Shown here: piece after piece, positions 54,906 through 64,000 of the stretch
Layout: each line of letters opens with the position of its first letter
Numbering within the stretch: the first letter of the stretch is position 1
Assembly (NCBI GenBank): GCA_012744275.1
Contig: JAAYIE010000003.1
Coordinates: 795-64,794, forward strand
Direction: 5' to 3'
From: Desulfobulbaceae bacterium
GTDB taxonomy: Bacteria; Desulfobacterota; Desulfobulbia; Desulfobulbales; Desulfobulbaceae
DNA: 64,000 nt
The notes under the pieces: generated by a model
Seen by the model: only the letters and a program-made list of their open reading frames with translations
What the model was told of the DNA's origin: nothing
The model's database searches: none
Position numbers and translations under genes: made by a program

Positions 54906-56660
54906 ATGGTCACATCTCACAGTATTACCCTGCAAACCAGCCCGTTCATTACGGCGGGTGACCACGCAAACAGCAACTATTTTGAGGCCATCAAGGCGCT
55001 GGTCGCCAAGCGGGAGGCCGCGGCAGTCAAGGAGCGGCCGCAGTGGCAACAGGCCATAGATGCTGTATACGCACTGGTTGCCGACGAAATCTGCAGTAAG
55101 ATGGACCAGCCCAGCCAAGTCATTTCCTTTGGTACCTCCGGCTGGCGTGGTGTTTTGGGCAAGGATCTGTTTCTGCGCTCCGTTGCCGTGGTGACTGCCG
55201 CCATCCTCACCCTGTATAAGGATGCCGAGGCAGATCCATCCCTGCACGACAGTCTGGGCGTCGGCAGCTTTGCCGAAATGCAGGAACGCGGCTGCGTGCT
55301 TGGTTTTGACAACCGCTTTGGCGGCCCTATGCTGGCCCTGGCCGCGGCCAATGTGCTGGCCGCCAACCAAGTAAAAATTCTGTATGCCGGAGAAGCCACC
55401 ACCGGCGCGCTTTCCGCCTCAGTGCTGGTTAACCGGGCGGCCTTTTCCATTAACCTGACTCCCAGCCACAACCCGCTCCAGTACGGCGGTTTCAAGTACA
55501 ATGCGGCCGACGCCGGACCTGCAGCAGAAATTCTCACCAGCAGCATCACCCGTATTGCCCAAGACTATATGCAACGAAAAGCAGTACCCTTTCTGGCAAG
55601 CGGGCTTGACCTGCAACAACCACTGGATAGCCTGGCCAATGTTGTCCAGGAAAATGCCCTGGCCAGTTGGCAGCAACTGATCCGCCAAGGCAAGGCCAGC
55701 CACGGCATTGACTACGACGGCCTGCTGGCGGATTTTGCCGCAAGCTCAGACATGGTGGTGTGCGTAGATACTGTGCATGGTGCATCCCGCAATCTTATTG
55801 CCGAACTGCTGGGCAATCCGGCTGACAGTAAACTACAGCTTCTGCGCAATACACCTGATCCCACCTTTGGTGGCATTGCGCCTGAGCCATCCGCCGCCAA
55901 CATGCGCCTGGCCCTTGACGCTCTGGCCGGGCTGCAGCAGCCGCTCAAACTTGGGGCCATCATCGACCCGGATGGCGACCGCATCCGTTTCACCGATGGC
56001 GAAGTGGAAATTTCCATGAATCAGTTCGGCGCCATGGCCTATCATTATCTGCATGAAGTAAAAGGTAAACGCGGCATGGTCGCCAAGACGGTGGCCTCCA
56101 GCAACCTGGCCAATGCGGTCGCAGCCCAGCTGGGTGAGGAGGTCTTCGAGCCCAAGGTCGGCTTCAAGGAATTCAAGCCAGTGATTGACAAGGCTTTGGT
56201 CTGCTTTGAAGAGTCGGACGGTATCACCCTGATTGGCCATACTCCGGAGAAAGACGCCTTTATCGGCCTCGTGCTGGCCCTCGACATGATGATGACCCTC
56301 AAAAAACCGCTGGGCGATTACCTTCAGGATATTGAAAACAGCTATGGTCATTACTATCCCGATAAAGACGGAGTCACCGTTTCCCAGCAGGGCGAAGAAC
56401 TGCTGGCCACTCTAGATGGCCTCAAGCGCTACGATACCGGCGCTACCATTCGTGTGGGCAAGGAAGTGAAGAAAATCAAAGAGGTAATTGCCATAGATGG
56501 CCGGAAGATGATCCTGGAGGATGATTCCTGGATTATGATCCGGCCCTCAGGTACCGAACCCAAGGTGCGTTTCTACGTGGAGGCACGTGACCCCAAGGGA
56601 TGCGCTCAACTGGTAGAGGCCGCCAAATCGCTCCTTGCCGAAACAGGGCTCCTGCCATAA
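54906..56660 (+). CDS. Phosphoglucomutase/phosphomannomutase family protein
   Basis: FGTSGWRG, phosphoserine loop LTPSHNP, metal site DPDGDR, and a C-terminal RPSGTEPKVRFY. AAGGAG ribosome-binding site. Confidence 0.85.
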   Translation: MVTSHSITLQTSPFITAGDHANSNYFEAIKALVAKREAAAVKERPQWQQAIDAVYALVADEICSKMDQPSQVISFGTSGWRGVLGKDLFLRSVAVVTAAILTLYKDAEADPSLHDSLGVGSFAEMQERGCVLGFDNRFGGPMLALAAANVLAANQVKILYAGEATTGALSASVLVNRAAFSINLTPSHNPLQYGGFKYNAADAGPAAEILTSSITRIAQDYMQRKAVPFLASGLDLQQPLDSLANVVQENALASWQQLIRQGKASHGIDYDGLLADFAASSDMVVCVDTVHGASRNLIAELLGNPADSKLQLLRNTPDPTFGGIAPEPSAANMRLALDALAGLQQPLKLGAIIDPDGDRIRFTDGEVEISMNQFGAMAYHYLHEVKGKRGMVAKTVASSNLANAVAAQLGEEVFEPKVGFKEFKPVIDKALVCFEESDGITLIGHTPEKDAFIGLVLALDMMMTLKKPLGDYLQDIENSYGHYYPDKDGVTVSQQGEELLATLDGLKRYDTGATIRVGKEVKKIKEVIAIDGRKMILEDDSWIMIRPSGTEPKVRFYVEARDPKGCAQLVEAAKSLLAETGLLP

Positions 56661-56731
56661 TGTTAAACACAATGACAGGGCGGTGATACGGTCGCCTGCG
56701 TAAATTGACTACTAACTCAAGGTGCTGCCTT

Positions 56732-57571
56732 ATGTGGGACTATACGGATGCGGTGAAGGAACACTTCATCAACCCAAAAAACGTGGGGGAAATTGAAAAT
56801 GCCGACGGTATCGGCAACGTGGGCTCCATTGCCTGCGGTGATGCGTTGCGCCTTTCCATCAAGGTGGAAAACGAGGTAATCACAGACGCCAAGTTCAAGA
56901 CCTTCGGCTGTGCATCGGCAATCGCCTCCTCCTCCATGCTCACCGAACTGATCAAGGGCATGAAAATCGAGGATGCCAAAAATCTGACCAACGACGACAT
57001 CGCTAAGGCCCTGGGCGGACTGCCCAAGGAGAAAATGCACTGTTCGGTCATGGGCAGGGAAGCCCTAGAGGCTGCCATTGCCGACTATAAGGGCACCATT
57101 CTCCCTATGGCTCAGGGTCAGGTGGTGTGCGATTGTTTCGGCGTTACCGACCTGGAAATCATCCGTGCCATCCGGGAAAACCACCTGACCACGGTCGAAG
57201 ACATTACCAACTTCACCAAGGCGGGTGGCGGCTGTGGCCGTTGCCTGGATCAGCTCCAGGCCCTGCTTGACGAACAGTTGCAAGAAGGCGCCGGCAAACC
57301 CGTCTCTGCACCGAGAAAAGTGAAACGGATGACTGCGCTGGAGAAAATCAAAAAAATCGAGGAGGTGATCGAGCGGGAGATCAGGCCAACTTTGAAGATG
57401 GATCACGGCGATATCCAACTCATTGACGTGGATGGCGACTTTGTTACGGTTGCCTTGCGTGGGTCCTGCGCCGGATGCCACTCCTCCAATGCCACCCTGA
57501 AGGGTTATGTGGAGAAAAAGCTGCGGGAACAGGTGCTGGACACCCTGGTGGTTGAGGAGGACAGGCCATGA
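56732..57571 (+). CDS. nifU: Fe-S cluster assembly scaffold NifU (three-domain type)
   Basis: N-terminal IscU-like domain (GSIACGDALRLSIKV...FGCASAIASSS...HCS), a central CxxC...CGRC ferredoxin-like domain, and a C-terminal Nfu domain (GSCAGCHSS). Confidence 0.9.
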   Translation: MWDYTDAVKEHFINPKNVGEIENADGIGNVGSIACGDALRLSIKVENEVITDAKFKTFGCASAIASSSMLTELIKGMKIEDAKNLTNDDIAKALGGLPKEKMHCSVMGREALEAAIADYKGTILPMAQGQVVCDCFGVTDLEIIRAIRENHLTTVEDITNFTKAGGGCGRCLDQLQALLDEQLQEGAGKPVSAPRKVKRMTALEKIKKIEEVIEREIRPTLKMDHGDIQLIDVDGDFVTVALRGSCAGCHSSNATLKGYVEKKLREQVLDTLVVEEDRP

Positions 57572-58755
57572 TGAATGCGAACAAACCGATCATCTACATG
57601 GATAACAACGCCACCACCGCAATTGCACCCGAGGTCTTGGAGGCCATGCTGCCGTACTTGCAGGAGTACTACGGCAACCCCTCATCCATGTATGACTTTG
57701 CCACACACTCCTCCAGCGCCATGAAGAAGGCCCGGGGGCAAGTAGCTGCGTTAATCGGAGCAACCCCCGAGGAAATCGTCTTCACCAGCTGCGGTACCGA
57801 GAGTGATTCCACAGCCATTTTTTCCGCTCTGCGTCGCTATCCGGAAAAAAACCACATCGTCACCACCCGGGTCGAACATCCAGCGGTAAAGAATCTGTGT
57901 GATAATATTGAAAACCTGACCGGTCGCAAGTACCACATTACCCACCTCCAGGTCAGCGCTGACGGGACCTTGGATATGCAGCAGTACAAGGACAGCCTCA
58001 CCGATGACACTGCCATCGTCAGCGTAATGTGGGCCAATAATGAAACAGGGGTGCTTTTTCCTGTTGAGGAAATGGCGCGAATCGCGAATGAGCGCGGCAT
58101 CCTTTTCCACACTGATGCAGTGCAGGCTGTGGGTAAAATTCCCATCAATCTCAAAGAAACCGCCATTGATTACCTCGCCTTGTCCGGGCACAAGCTCCAT
58201 GCACCCAAGGGTATCGGCGTGCTCTACGTGCGCAAGGGCACTCCTTACATGCCCTTTCTGAGCGGTGGTCACCAGGAGCAGGGCCGCCGGGGTGGCACGG
58301 AAAATGTCGCCTCTATCGTTGCCTTGGGTCGTGCCTGCGAGCTGGCAGTCGCGAATATGCAGGAAGAAAATACCAGGGTGCGCGCCCTGCGAGATAAATT
58401 GGAAAACGGTCTGCTGGCCAGCATCCCCAAAGCTCTTTTAAATGGCCACAAAACCATGCGGCTGCCCAATACCGCTAACATCAGCTTCGAATATGTGGAG
58501 GGCGAAGCCATCCTCCTGCATCTGAACCAACACCACATCTGCGCCTCTTCGGGTTCTGCCTGCACTTCAGGCTCGCTTGAACCCTCGCATGTGCTGCGCG
58601 CCATGGGTGTCCCCTTTACTGCAGCGCATGGCTCCATCCGTTTCAGCCTCTCCCCTTACAATACCGAGGCCGAAGTGGACACGGTGCTGGAGGTTCTCCC
58701 TAAAATCATCGCGAACCTGCGCAACCTCTCGCCCTTTTGGGAAGAAAACAGTTAA
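57568..58755 (+). CDS. nifS: Cysteine desulfurase NifS
   Basis: Class V aminotransferase with PLP lysine SGHKLHAPKGIG and active-site loop SSGSACTSG. ATGA overlap with nifU. Confidence 0.92.
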   Translation: MMNANKPIIYMDNNATTAIAPEVLEAMLPYLQEYYGNPSSMYDFATHSSSAMKKARGQVAALIGATPEEIVFTSCGTESDSTAIFSALRRYPEKNHIVTTRVEHPAVKNLCDNIENLTGRKYHITHLQVSADGTLDMQQYKDSLTDDTAIVSVMWANNETGVLFPVEEMARIANERGILFHTDAVQAVGKIPINLKETAIDYLALSGHKLHAPKGIGVLYVRKGTPYMPFLSGGHQEQGRRGGTENVASIVALGRACELAVANMQEENTRVRALRDKLENGLLASIPKALLNGHKTMRLPNTANISFEYVEGEAILLHLNQHHICASSGSACTSGSLEPSHVLRAMGVPFTAAHGSIRFSLSPYNTEAEVDTVLEVLPKIIANLRNLSPFWEENS

Positions 58756-58773
58756 CAACCCGGCAAACGGTAC

Positions 58774-58802
58774 GGCCGTCTTTTTGAGACGGCCTTTTTT
58801 TC
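58774..58802 (+). terminator. Rho-independent terminator after nifS
   Basis: GGCCGTCT-ttttg-AGACGGCC (8-bp stem, 58774-58794) followed by a T8 run. Confidence 0.7.
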
Positions 58803-58827
58803 GTCCGTCACCAGCAAACAAGCAACC

Positions 58828-59772
58828 ATGCGCATTATCGACCCCTCTTTTCATATCCTCGATGAGCTGGAAGAGCAGAGCCTGGAGGTGCGCATAGAAT
58901 ATTGCGGCCGCATCTGCTACAAAAGCGAAGAACGTATTGATGCCGGCTCTGCCGCACCCTTTGTACGCAAGATGCTGCAGCATCAACACAACTCGGTGCT
59001 GGAGATGGCAGTGCTGAGCTTGCAGGTGGAATGCCGAGACACGGGAGCTATCCAGGCCCTTTTTGCCTGCATGCCCCGCTTCCTGCAGATTGACAGGCTT
59101 GCCGGCACCAGCCTGCTGGTAACCGGCTCCATCCGTGCCTTCCGTGAACTCTGGCAGGAATGCCACCAGGAAGTGATACCGCAGGCCATTTGCTGCTTTC
59201 TACTGGCGCAACATCCGCTTTTCTTTGAAGATTTACAGCCGAAAATCATGCCTGTTCTACTTTCAGGCATCAGCGTACGCAAAGTGCCGCTAGGTGAAGT
59301 AAACTCCCTGCCCGTGGCACTGCAGGCAAAGCACCGTTTTCTCGCTGTTCGCTTTGTCGTCAACCGTGCGGTCACCCACGAACTGGTGCGACACCGACCC
59401 TGCTCCTTTCTGCAGGAAAGCCAGCGATACTGCCGCTACAGCAGTGATCGTTTCGGCAATGAGGTTACTTTTATCCGCCCGCTGTTTTACAAGGAAGGGA
59501 GTCCGGAGTTTGAATTGTGGGAGCAAAGCATGAAGATTTGTGAGCACAATTATTTACGCCTTCTTGGAACGTCCTCGCCTCAGGCTGCCCGCTCGGTTCT
59601 GCCCAACTCGTGCAAGACCGAGATCATCGTCTACGCCAATATCAGCCAATGGCAGCACATTCTGCAACTTCGTACCTCACCTGCAGCGGACCCCTCCATG
59701 CGTGAGGTCATGCTGCCGCTACAGGCCGAACTGACCACTCGCTATCCCATGCATTTTACACACCCGCTCTAG
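58828..59772 (+). CDS. thyX: FAD-dependent thymidylate synthase ThyX (long form with internal insertion)
   Basis: ThyX signature RHRPCSFLQESQRY (RHRxxSxxxxSxRY), N-terminal ...CGRICYKSEE...HNSVLEM, and C-terminal ARSVLPNSCKTEI...LQLRTSP. Confidence 0.8.
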   Translation: MRIIDPSFHILDELEEQSLEVRIEYCGRICYKSEERIDAGSAAPFVRKMLQHQHNSVLEMAVLSLQVECRDTGAIQALFACMPRFLQIDRLAGTSLLVTGSIRAFRELWQECHQEVIPQAICCFLLAQHPLFFEDLQPKIMPVLLSGISVRKVPLGEVNSLPVALQAKHRFLAVRFVVNRAVTHELVRHRPCSFLQESQRYCRYSSDRFGNEVTFIRPLFYKEGSPEFELWEQSMKICEHNYLRLLGTSSPQAARSVLPNSCKTEIIVYANISQWQHILQLRTSPAADPSMREVMLPLQAELTTRYPMHFTHPL

Positions 59773-59987
59773 ACATTACATGAAATCGAGGGGTATTCAA
59801 AAAGCCGCAAAATCGAGGCCGGCTGACGGCTCTTTCTCAATTTGGTACGATATGCGCCCGGGAAAAACTCATCTTTTTTGACCAGTCACTTCTTTTTTAT
59901 GTAGAATACAGGTACAATTATTGGTGAATTTGACCTGTAACTTAAAAATACTGTTCGTCAACTCTTTTCACGGCAACGGCCTCATTC

Positions 59988-62264
59988 ATGGTTAGACCTA
60001 GCTCTGCAGATACACGGGCATCAAACAGGAGAACGGTCAAGGACCAGTCAGGTGCCAGTAAACTCAAAATTGGTGAGCTACTGAGCAAGGCAGGTTATAT
60101 CACCTCAGCCCAGTTTGACGAAGCCAAGGCCTTGCAACGTAGAAGCGGCATGCGTATAACCCGGATTTTGTTGGAAAATGGTTCTATTGAGTCGGACACT
60201 GTGCCAAATTTCCTCAGCCGCATGCACAACTTCACCCTGACTAATCTGAATGAAGAAAGTCCTAGCCCAGAGGCGCTGGCTAAGCTCCCCTATGAAACGG
60301 CCAAGCAGTATTTGGCCTTCCCCCTCCGCATCAACGGCAACACCATGCAAATTACCATGGTGGAGCCGACCGATACCCTGGAGGTGGAGAACCTGCAGGA
60401 TTTCCTGGGAATGAGGCTGCAGGTTTGCGTGTCTGGCTACAAAGACATCACCGAAGCCTATAAAAAATATTACGGAATCAGTGAGGAAGAATACCAGCAT
60501 TTCTTCGGTCTGGATACCGAGGCACTTGACGAAGGGCCCAGCATGCTGGAGGTGGATGATTTCGGTGCCCTGGTGGCGGATGCTGCCGAGGAGTTTGAAA
60601 TCGGCCCAGGCGCGGGGGAAGAGACTGGCTTTGAACATTTTTCCGCCTCTGATGCGCCCATTATCAAGTTGGTGAACGGTATTCTGATACAGGCGGTACA
60701 ATCGGGCGTGAGCGATATCCACATTGAGCCCTTTGAAAAGACCATGCAGGTGCGCTATCGCAAAGACGGGTCACTGTTCAAGGCCATGAACCTGCCGCTC
60801 AACATCAAAAACGCCATGGCCGCACGCCTGAAAATTTTGGCTGGCCTCAACATCACCGAGCGGCGTGTACCCCAGGATGGTCGTATCCAGATCCGGGTGG
60901 GTCGCAACAAGGCGGTGGATTTTCGTGTCTCCACCCTGCCGCTCCTCCATGGCGAAGGTATTGTTCTGCGTATTCTAGATAAGGGTTCGCTCAATGTGGA
61001 TCTTACTCAACTGGGCTTTACTCCCGATACCTTTGCCTCACTCAAGCGCTGTTTGCGGCGTCCACAAGGTCTGCTCCTCGTAACCGGGCCAACCGGTTCC
61101 GGTAAAACTGTAACCCTCTACTCCGCCCTTAACTCGCTCAACACCGAAGACATCAAAATTCTCACTGCCGAAGACCCGGTCGAATTCAACTTCAGGGGCA
61201 TCAGCCAGGTCAACGTCAATACCGAAGTAGGTATGACCTTTGCCGCCGCGCTCAGGGCCTTTCTCCGCCAGGATCCGGACATCATCATGGTGGGCGAGAT
61301 CCGCGACATGGAAACCGCTGAAATTGCCATGAAGGCCGCTATGACCGGCCACTTAGTCTTTTCCACCCTGCACACCAACGATTCGCCTGCCACGGTCAGC
61401 CGCATGGTTGATATTGGCATTCCTCCTTATATTCTGGCCTCATCCCTGACCATGGTGCTTTCGCAGCGTCTGGGGCGACGCCTCTGCAAAAAATGTAAAG
61501 CCCTGGCCCAATACGATGACAAGACTCTTTTGGAAGCCGGATTCAAAGAAAACGAGTTAAGCTCACTTAAGCTGTTCAAAGCAAAGGGATGTGGTGAGTG
61601 CAATGGGCTGGGCTACAAGGGCCGGGTTGGTTTCTTCGAATTGATGGAGGTGACCCAGGAGGTAGCCGCTGCTATTCAGGCTGAGGTATCCGAGGAGCAG
61701 CTTCGCAAGGTGGCCATGCAGTCGGGCATGTATACCCTGCGCGAAGCTGCCCTGCAGAAGGCCAGAGAAGGTATCACCAGCCTGGAGGAAGTCCTCAAGC
61801 GCACCGTTGCCCATGAGGAAACCTTGCCTCCCTATCTGGTCAACCCCGATGTCGAAGAATACATGGATGGTGATGTCATTATCCAGGAAGGCAACAAAGA
61901 CAGAGATTTCTTCCGCCTGGTACGCGGTAAGGTGGCTGTCCTTCGCTCCGGCAAAAAAATCGCGGAGATTACTGAGCCTGGCGAATTTTTCGGCGAAATG
62001 GCTACCATTCTGGACGGACCGCGCACCGCCACGGTGGTTGCCATGGGCCGCTGCAGCATCAAACGTTTTCCCGGCGATAAACTCTGGGAAATTATTGCGA
62101 AATACCCGGATATTGCCGCCCCCATCTTCCAGACTATCTCGGAACGGCTCAACAAAACCGGCCACATCATGGTGCAGATTGCAGGTGGTGGCCGTGGCAA
62201 TACTCCTCCAGCCCGACCGATATCACCTCCCCCTGCCCAGCAACAGGCGCAGCAGCAAGCATGA
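59988..62264 (+). CDS. GspE/PilB-family secretion ATPase with N-terminal T2SSE_N (MshEN-like) domain and C-terminal cyclic-nucleotide-binding domain
   Basis: Walker A GPTGSGKTVTLY, Asp box, Walker B ...IIMVGEIRD, His box LVFSTLHTND, tetracysteine CKKC...CGEC. Residues ~615-730 carry the cNMP-binding signature (GEFFGEMATILDGPRTATVVA). Confidence 0.88.
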   Translation: MVRPSSADTRASNRRTVKDQSGASKLKIGELLSKAGYITSAQFDEAKALQRRSGMRITRILLENGSIESDTVPNFLSRMHNFTLTNLNEESPSPEALAKLPYETAKQYLAFPLRINGNTMQITMVEPTDTLEVENLQDFLGMRLQVCVSGYKDITEAYKKYYGISEEEYQHFFGLDTEALDEGPSMLEVDDFGALVADAAEEFEIGPGAGEETGFEHFSASDAPIIKLVNGILIQAVQSGVSDIHIEPFEKTMQVRYRKDGSLFKAMNLPLNIKNAMAARLKILAGLNITERRVPQDGRIQIRVGRNKAVDFRVSTLPLLHGEGIVLRILDKGSLNVDLTQLGFTPDTFASLKRCLRRPQGLLLVTGPTGSGKTVTLYSALNSLNTEDIKILTAEDPVEFNFRGISQVNVNTEVGMTFAAALRAFLRQDPDIIMVGEIRDMETAEIAMKAAMTGHLVFSTLHTNDSPATVSRMVDIGIPPYILASSLTMVLSQRLGRRLCKKCKALAQYDDKTLLEAGFKENELSSLKLFKAKGCGECNGLGYKGRVGFFELMEVTQEVAAAIQAEVSEEQLRKVAMQSGMYTLREAALQKAREGITSLEEVLKRTVAHEETLPPYLVNPDVEEYMDGDVIIQEGNKDRDFFRLVRGKVAVLRSGKKIAEITEPGEFFGEMATILDGPRTATVVAMGRCSIKRFPGDKLWEIIAKYPDIAAPIFQTISERLNKTGHIMVQIAGGGRGNTPPARPISPPPAQQQAQQQA

Positions 62265-63052
62265 ACAAGATCTCAGTTTACATCATCGCCTACAATCAGG
62301 CAGATAAAATCGAAGCGGCCGTCAATTCTGTTCTCTGGGCCGATGAAATAGTCTTGGTGGATTCCCACAGCACAGACGAAACCGCTAGCATTGCCTCAGC
62401 TTTGGGAGCCCGGATTGTACAGGTCCCTTTCACCAGTTTCGGTGATCTGCGCAATCGCGCCATGGCCGCCTGCAACCACGACTGGATTTTTTCCCTTGAT
62501 TCGGACGAGCGTTGCACACCCGAAGCACGCGACGAGATGCTTGCCTGCTTACAGGATCCGACAGCCGACGCCTACTATATTCCCCGCCGGAACTTCTTCA
62601 TGGGCCAGTGGATTCGCTACAGTGGTTACTACCCCGATTATCGTCAGCCGCAGCTGTTCAAAAAAGGTGCACTGGTCTTTAAGGACGGCGACCCGGTACA
62701 CGAGGAATTCCGTATTGTTTCCGATAAACCGGTTGCCTACCTGCAACAGCCGATCTGGCAGCTCCCTTTTGCCCAGTTGAGCGAACTCATGCGCAAGGCT
62801 GATCGTTATTCCAGTCTGGGGGCGGAAAAGCTTGAAAAAAACGGCAAGAAAGGCTCCATGTGGCTGGCATTGAGCCATGCCCTCTGGGCCTTTTTTCACA
62901 TGTACATACTCAAACGCGGCTTTCTGGATGGCTGGCCAGGCTTTCTCATTGCCTTCAGCAGTTTTGAAAGCACCCTTTTCAAGTACGCTAAACTATACGA
63001 GCGCCAGGCAAATTGGCAGCCGCCGCTATCCCCGCCCCTGCGCCGTCCCTAG
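62261..63052 (+). CDS. Family 2 glycosyltransferase (LPS-core WaaE/KdtX-like)
   Basis: ISVYIIAYNQADKIEAAVNSV...VLVDSHSTDET and a DxD-like LDSDE. ATGA overlap with the preceding ATPase gene. Confidence 0.85.
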   Translation: MNKISVYIIAYNQADKIEAAVNSVLWADEIVLVDSHSTDETASIASALGARIVQVPFTSFGDLRNRAMAACNHDWIFSLDSDERCTPEARDEMLACLQDPTADAYYIPRRNFFMGQWIRYSGYYPDYRQPQLFKKGALVFKDGDPVHEEFRIVSDKPVAYLQQPIWQLPFAQLSELMRKADRYSSLGAEKLEKNGKKGSMWLALSHALWAFFHMYILKRGFLDGWPGFLIAFSSFESTLFKYAKLYERQANWQPPLSPPLRRP

Positions 63053-63179
63053 GAACTGATTTGGACCGCATTTGGCTTGGCCTGCATCCAGGTCATTGCG
63101 CGCTTCTGAGCCCTTGCCAGAGTCGACGCAAATAAGGGCGACCCTGAAGCGTTGATCAGAAATAGAAAGTACTCTTTCT

Positions 63180-64000
63180 TCAGCACTTCCTCACTTCCTT
63201 CCCCAGGAGTTCCATGACTGCCCCTTCCACCATCTCCACACTGAGCCTCTGCATGCAATCCTGCTGGCTGCAATAGCGTTTGCGGCAGCATAAACAGTCA
63301 AGCCCTGCCCCCTGCAATACCCGGCTAACGGTATTATAAGGGCCAACCCGTTCCGGGTGAGTAGGCCCAAATATGGCCACCACTGGCCGCCCGGCCAAGG
63401 CTGCCATGTGCATGGGCCCGGTATCCACCCCCACGTACAGGGCAGAGCGTTTGATCAGCGCGGCTCCTGCCACCAGGCTGAGACGCCCGGCAGCAAGGAG
63501 CATTTTTGCGCTCATTGCGCTCTCTATGCGTTTCAGGAGTGGCAAATCAGCGTTTGAACCACCGAATACCGGCTGCAATCCCCTCGCCGTAAACCTGTCT
63601 GCAAGCTGGGCCCACCTTTCCACCAACCAGTGCTTCGATTGCCAGCGCGCAGCCGGCTGCATGTACACCAAAGGCGCTGTCGCAAGCACTCCCTCTGCCT
63701 GTAGGAATGCCGCCGCCTCTTCTTCACCCTCCTCCGAGGTGCTGAGATAAAAATCCTCAGGTTGGGTCGCACAGCCCAGATGATCCGCAAAAAGAAGATT
63801 TTTATCCAGGGCATGGACAATTCCATCGGGGATACCGACACGTTCATGCTGGAACAGCGTATTCAGCTCGCGAGCATCAGCAAAACCGATCCGTCTGCCA
63901 CCGGGGTTCATCAAGGCTAATAAACCACTACGGAAGGAGGCCTGCAAGTCCAGCACCACATCGTAAGGGCACAATTTAAGGCTACGGTGTAGTTGCCGCA
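63180..64000 (-). CDS. Family 9 glycosyltransferase (LPS heptosyltransferase-like), 5' end beyond the window
   Basis: YDVVLDLQASFRSGLLALM...RRIGF and GVDTGPMHMAALAGRPVVAIFGPTHP. The frame stays open to position 64000, so the N-terminus is missing. Confidence 0.8.
   Translation of the reverse strand, partial: RQLHRSLKLCPYDVVLDLQASFRSGLLALMNPGGRRIGFADARELNTLFQHERVGIPDGIVHALDKNLLFADHLGCATQPEDFYLSTSEEGEEEAAAFLQAEGVLATAPLVYMQPAARWQSKHWLVERWAQLADRFTARGLQPVFGGSNADLPLLKRIESAMSAKMLLAAGRLSLVAGAALIKRSALYVGVDTGPMHMAALAGRPVVAIFGPTHPERVGPYNTVSRVLQGAGLDCLCCRKRYCSQQDCMQRLSVEMVEGAVMELLGKEVRKC

Noticed and set aside
59843-59857. Sigma-54-like element TGGTACGATATGCGC (GG-N10-GC) upstream of the PilB-like ATPase gene.
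   Set aside because: Only about 8 of 12 consensus positions match, the TTGC core is missing, and no enhancer-binding protein gene is nearby. This is too weak to report as a promoter.
63163-63180. AT-rich hairpin AGAAAG-tact-CTTTCT at the convergent junction of the two glycosyltransferase genes.
   Set aside because: It has a 6-bp A/T-rich stem overlapping the GT9 stop codon and no clear U-tract. Terminator confidence is too low.

Overview
GC-rich bacterial chromosomal window, densely coding. I recognised no rRNA, tRNA, CRISPR array or transposase. Gene content suggests a Desulfobacterota ('Deltaproteobacteria') type genome: delta-60 repeat protein, NifU/NifS housekeeping Fe-S pair, ThyX and the T2SS layout. 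That assignment is inference only.

Layout:
- 0.1-9 kb: ftsB, a DUF523 gene, tatC, serS, ddl, an MFS exporter, and a radical-SAM gene overlapping an orphan sensor kinase.
- 9.2-25.5 kb (minus strand): a dcw cell-wall/division cluster, mraZ-rsmH-ftsL-ftsI(like)-murE::murF-mraY-murD-murG-murC-murB-ftsQ-ftsA-ftsZ.
- 25.7-31.1 kb: ruvB, ruvA, ruvC, yebC, rlmE and a CCA/poly(A) nucleotidyltransferase.
- 31.2-34.7 kb: a visibly more A/T-rich two-gene module, NUDIX hydrolase plus a 1042-aa PLD-nuclease/SF2-helicase/DUF3427 protein.
- 35-37.8 kb: a PP-loop ATPase and recN.
- 38-53 kb: a type II secretion cluster in the order (surface protein::gspG)-H-I-J-K-L-M-N-C-D-E on the minus strand, with gspF inverted on the plus strand.
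- 53-64 kb: a molybdopterin-binding protein, trm112-like gene, phosphoglucomutase, nifU-nifS, thyX, an orphan PilB/GspE-family ATPase with a C-terminal cNMP-binding domain, and two LPS-type glycosyltransferases.

Most notable observations:
1. The major pseudopilin GspG has no in-frame start of its own. It is read through from an ~840-aa delta-60-repeat/CFI-box surface protein, while a perfect SD+ATG sits one frame off at a CCCC run.
2. The dcw cluster has an FtsI-like protein lacking the SxxK and KTG catalytic motifs, no ftsW, and a MurE-MurF fusion.
3. The NUDIX plus PLD-helicase-DUF3427 pair is a candidate defence islet.
4. The PilB-like ATPase carries a cyclic-nucleotide-binding domain.

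Many long antisense ORFs in the supplied track are GC-driven shadows and were not called. Several N-termini in the track (which uses alternative start codons) were trimmed to better-supported starts.
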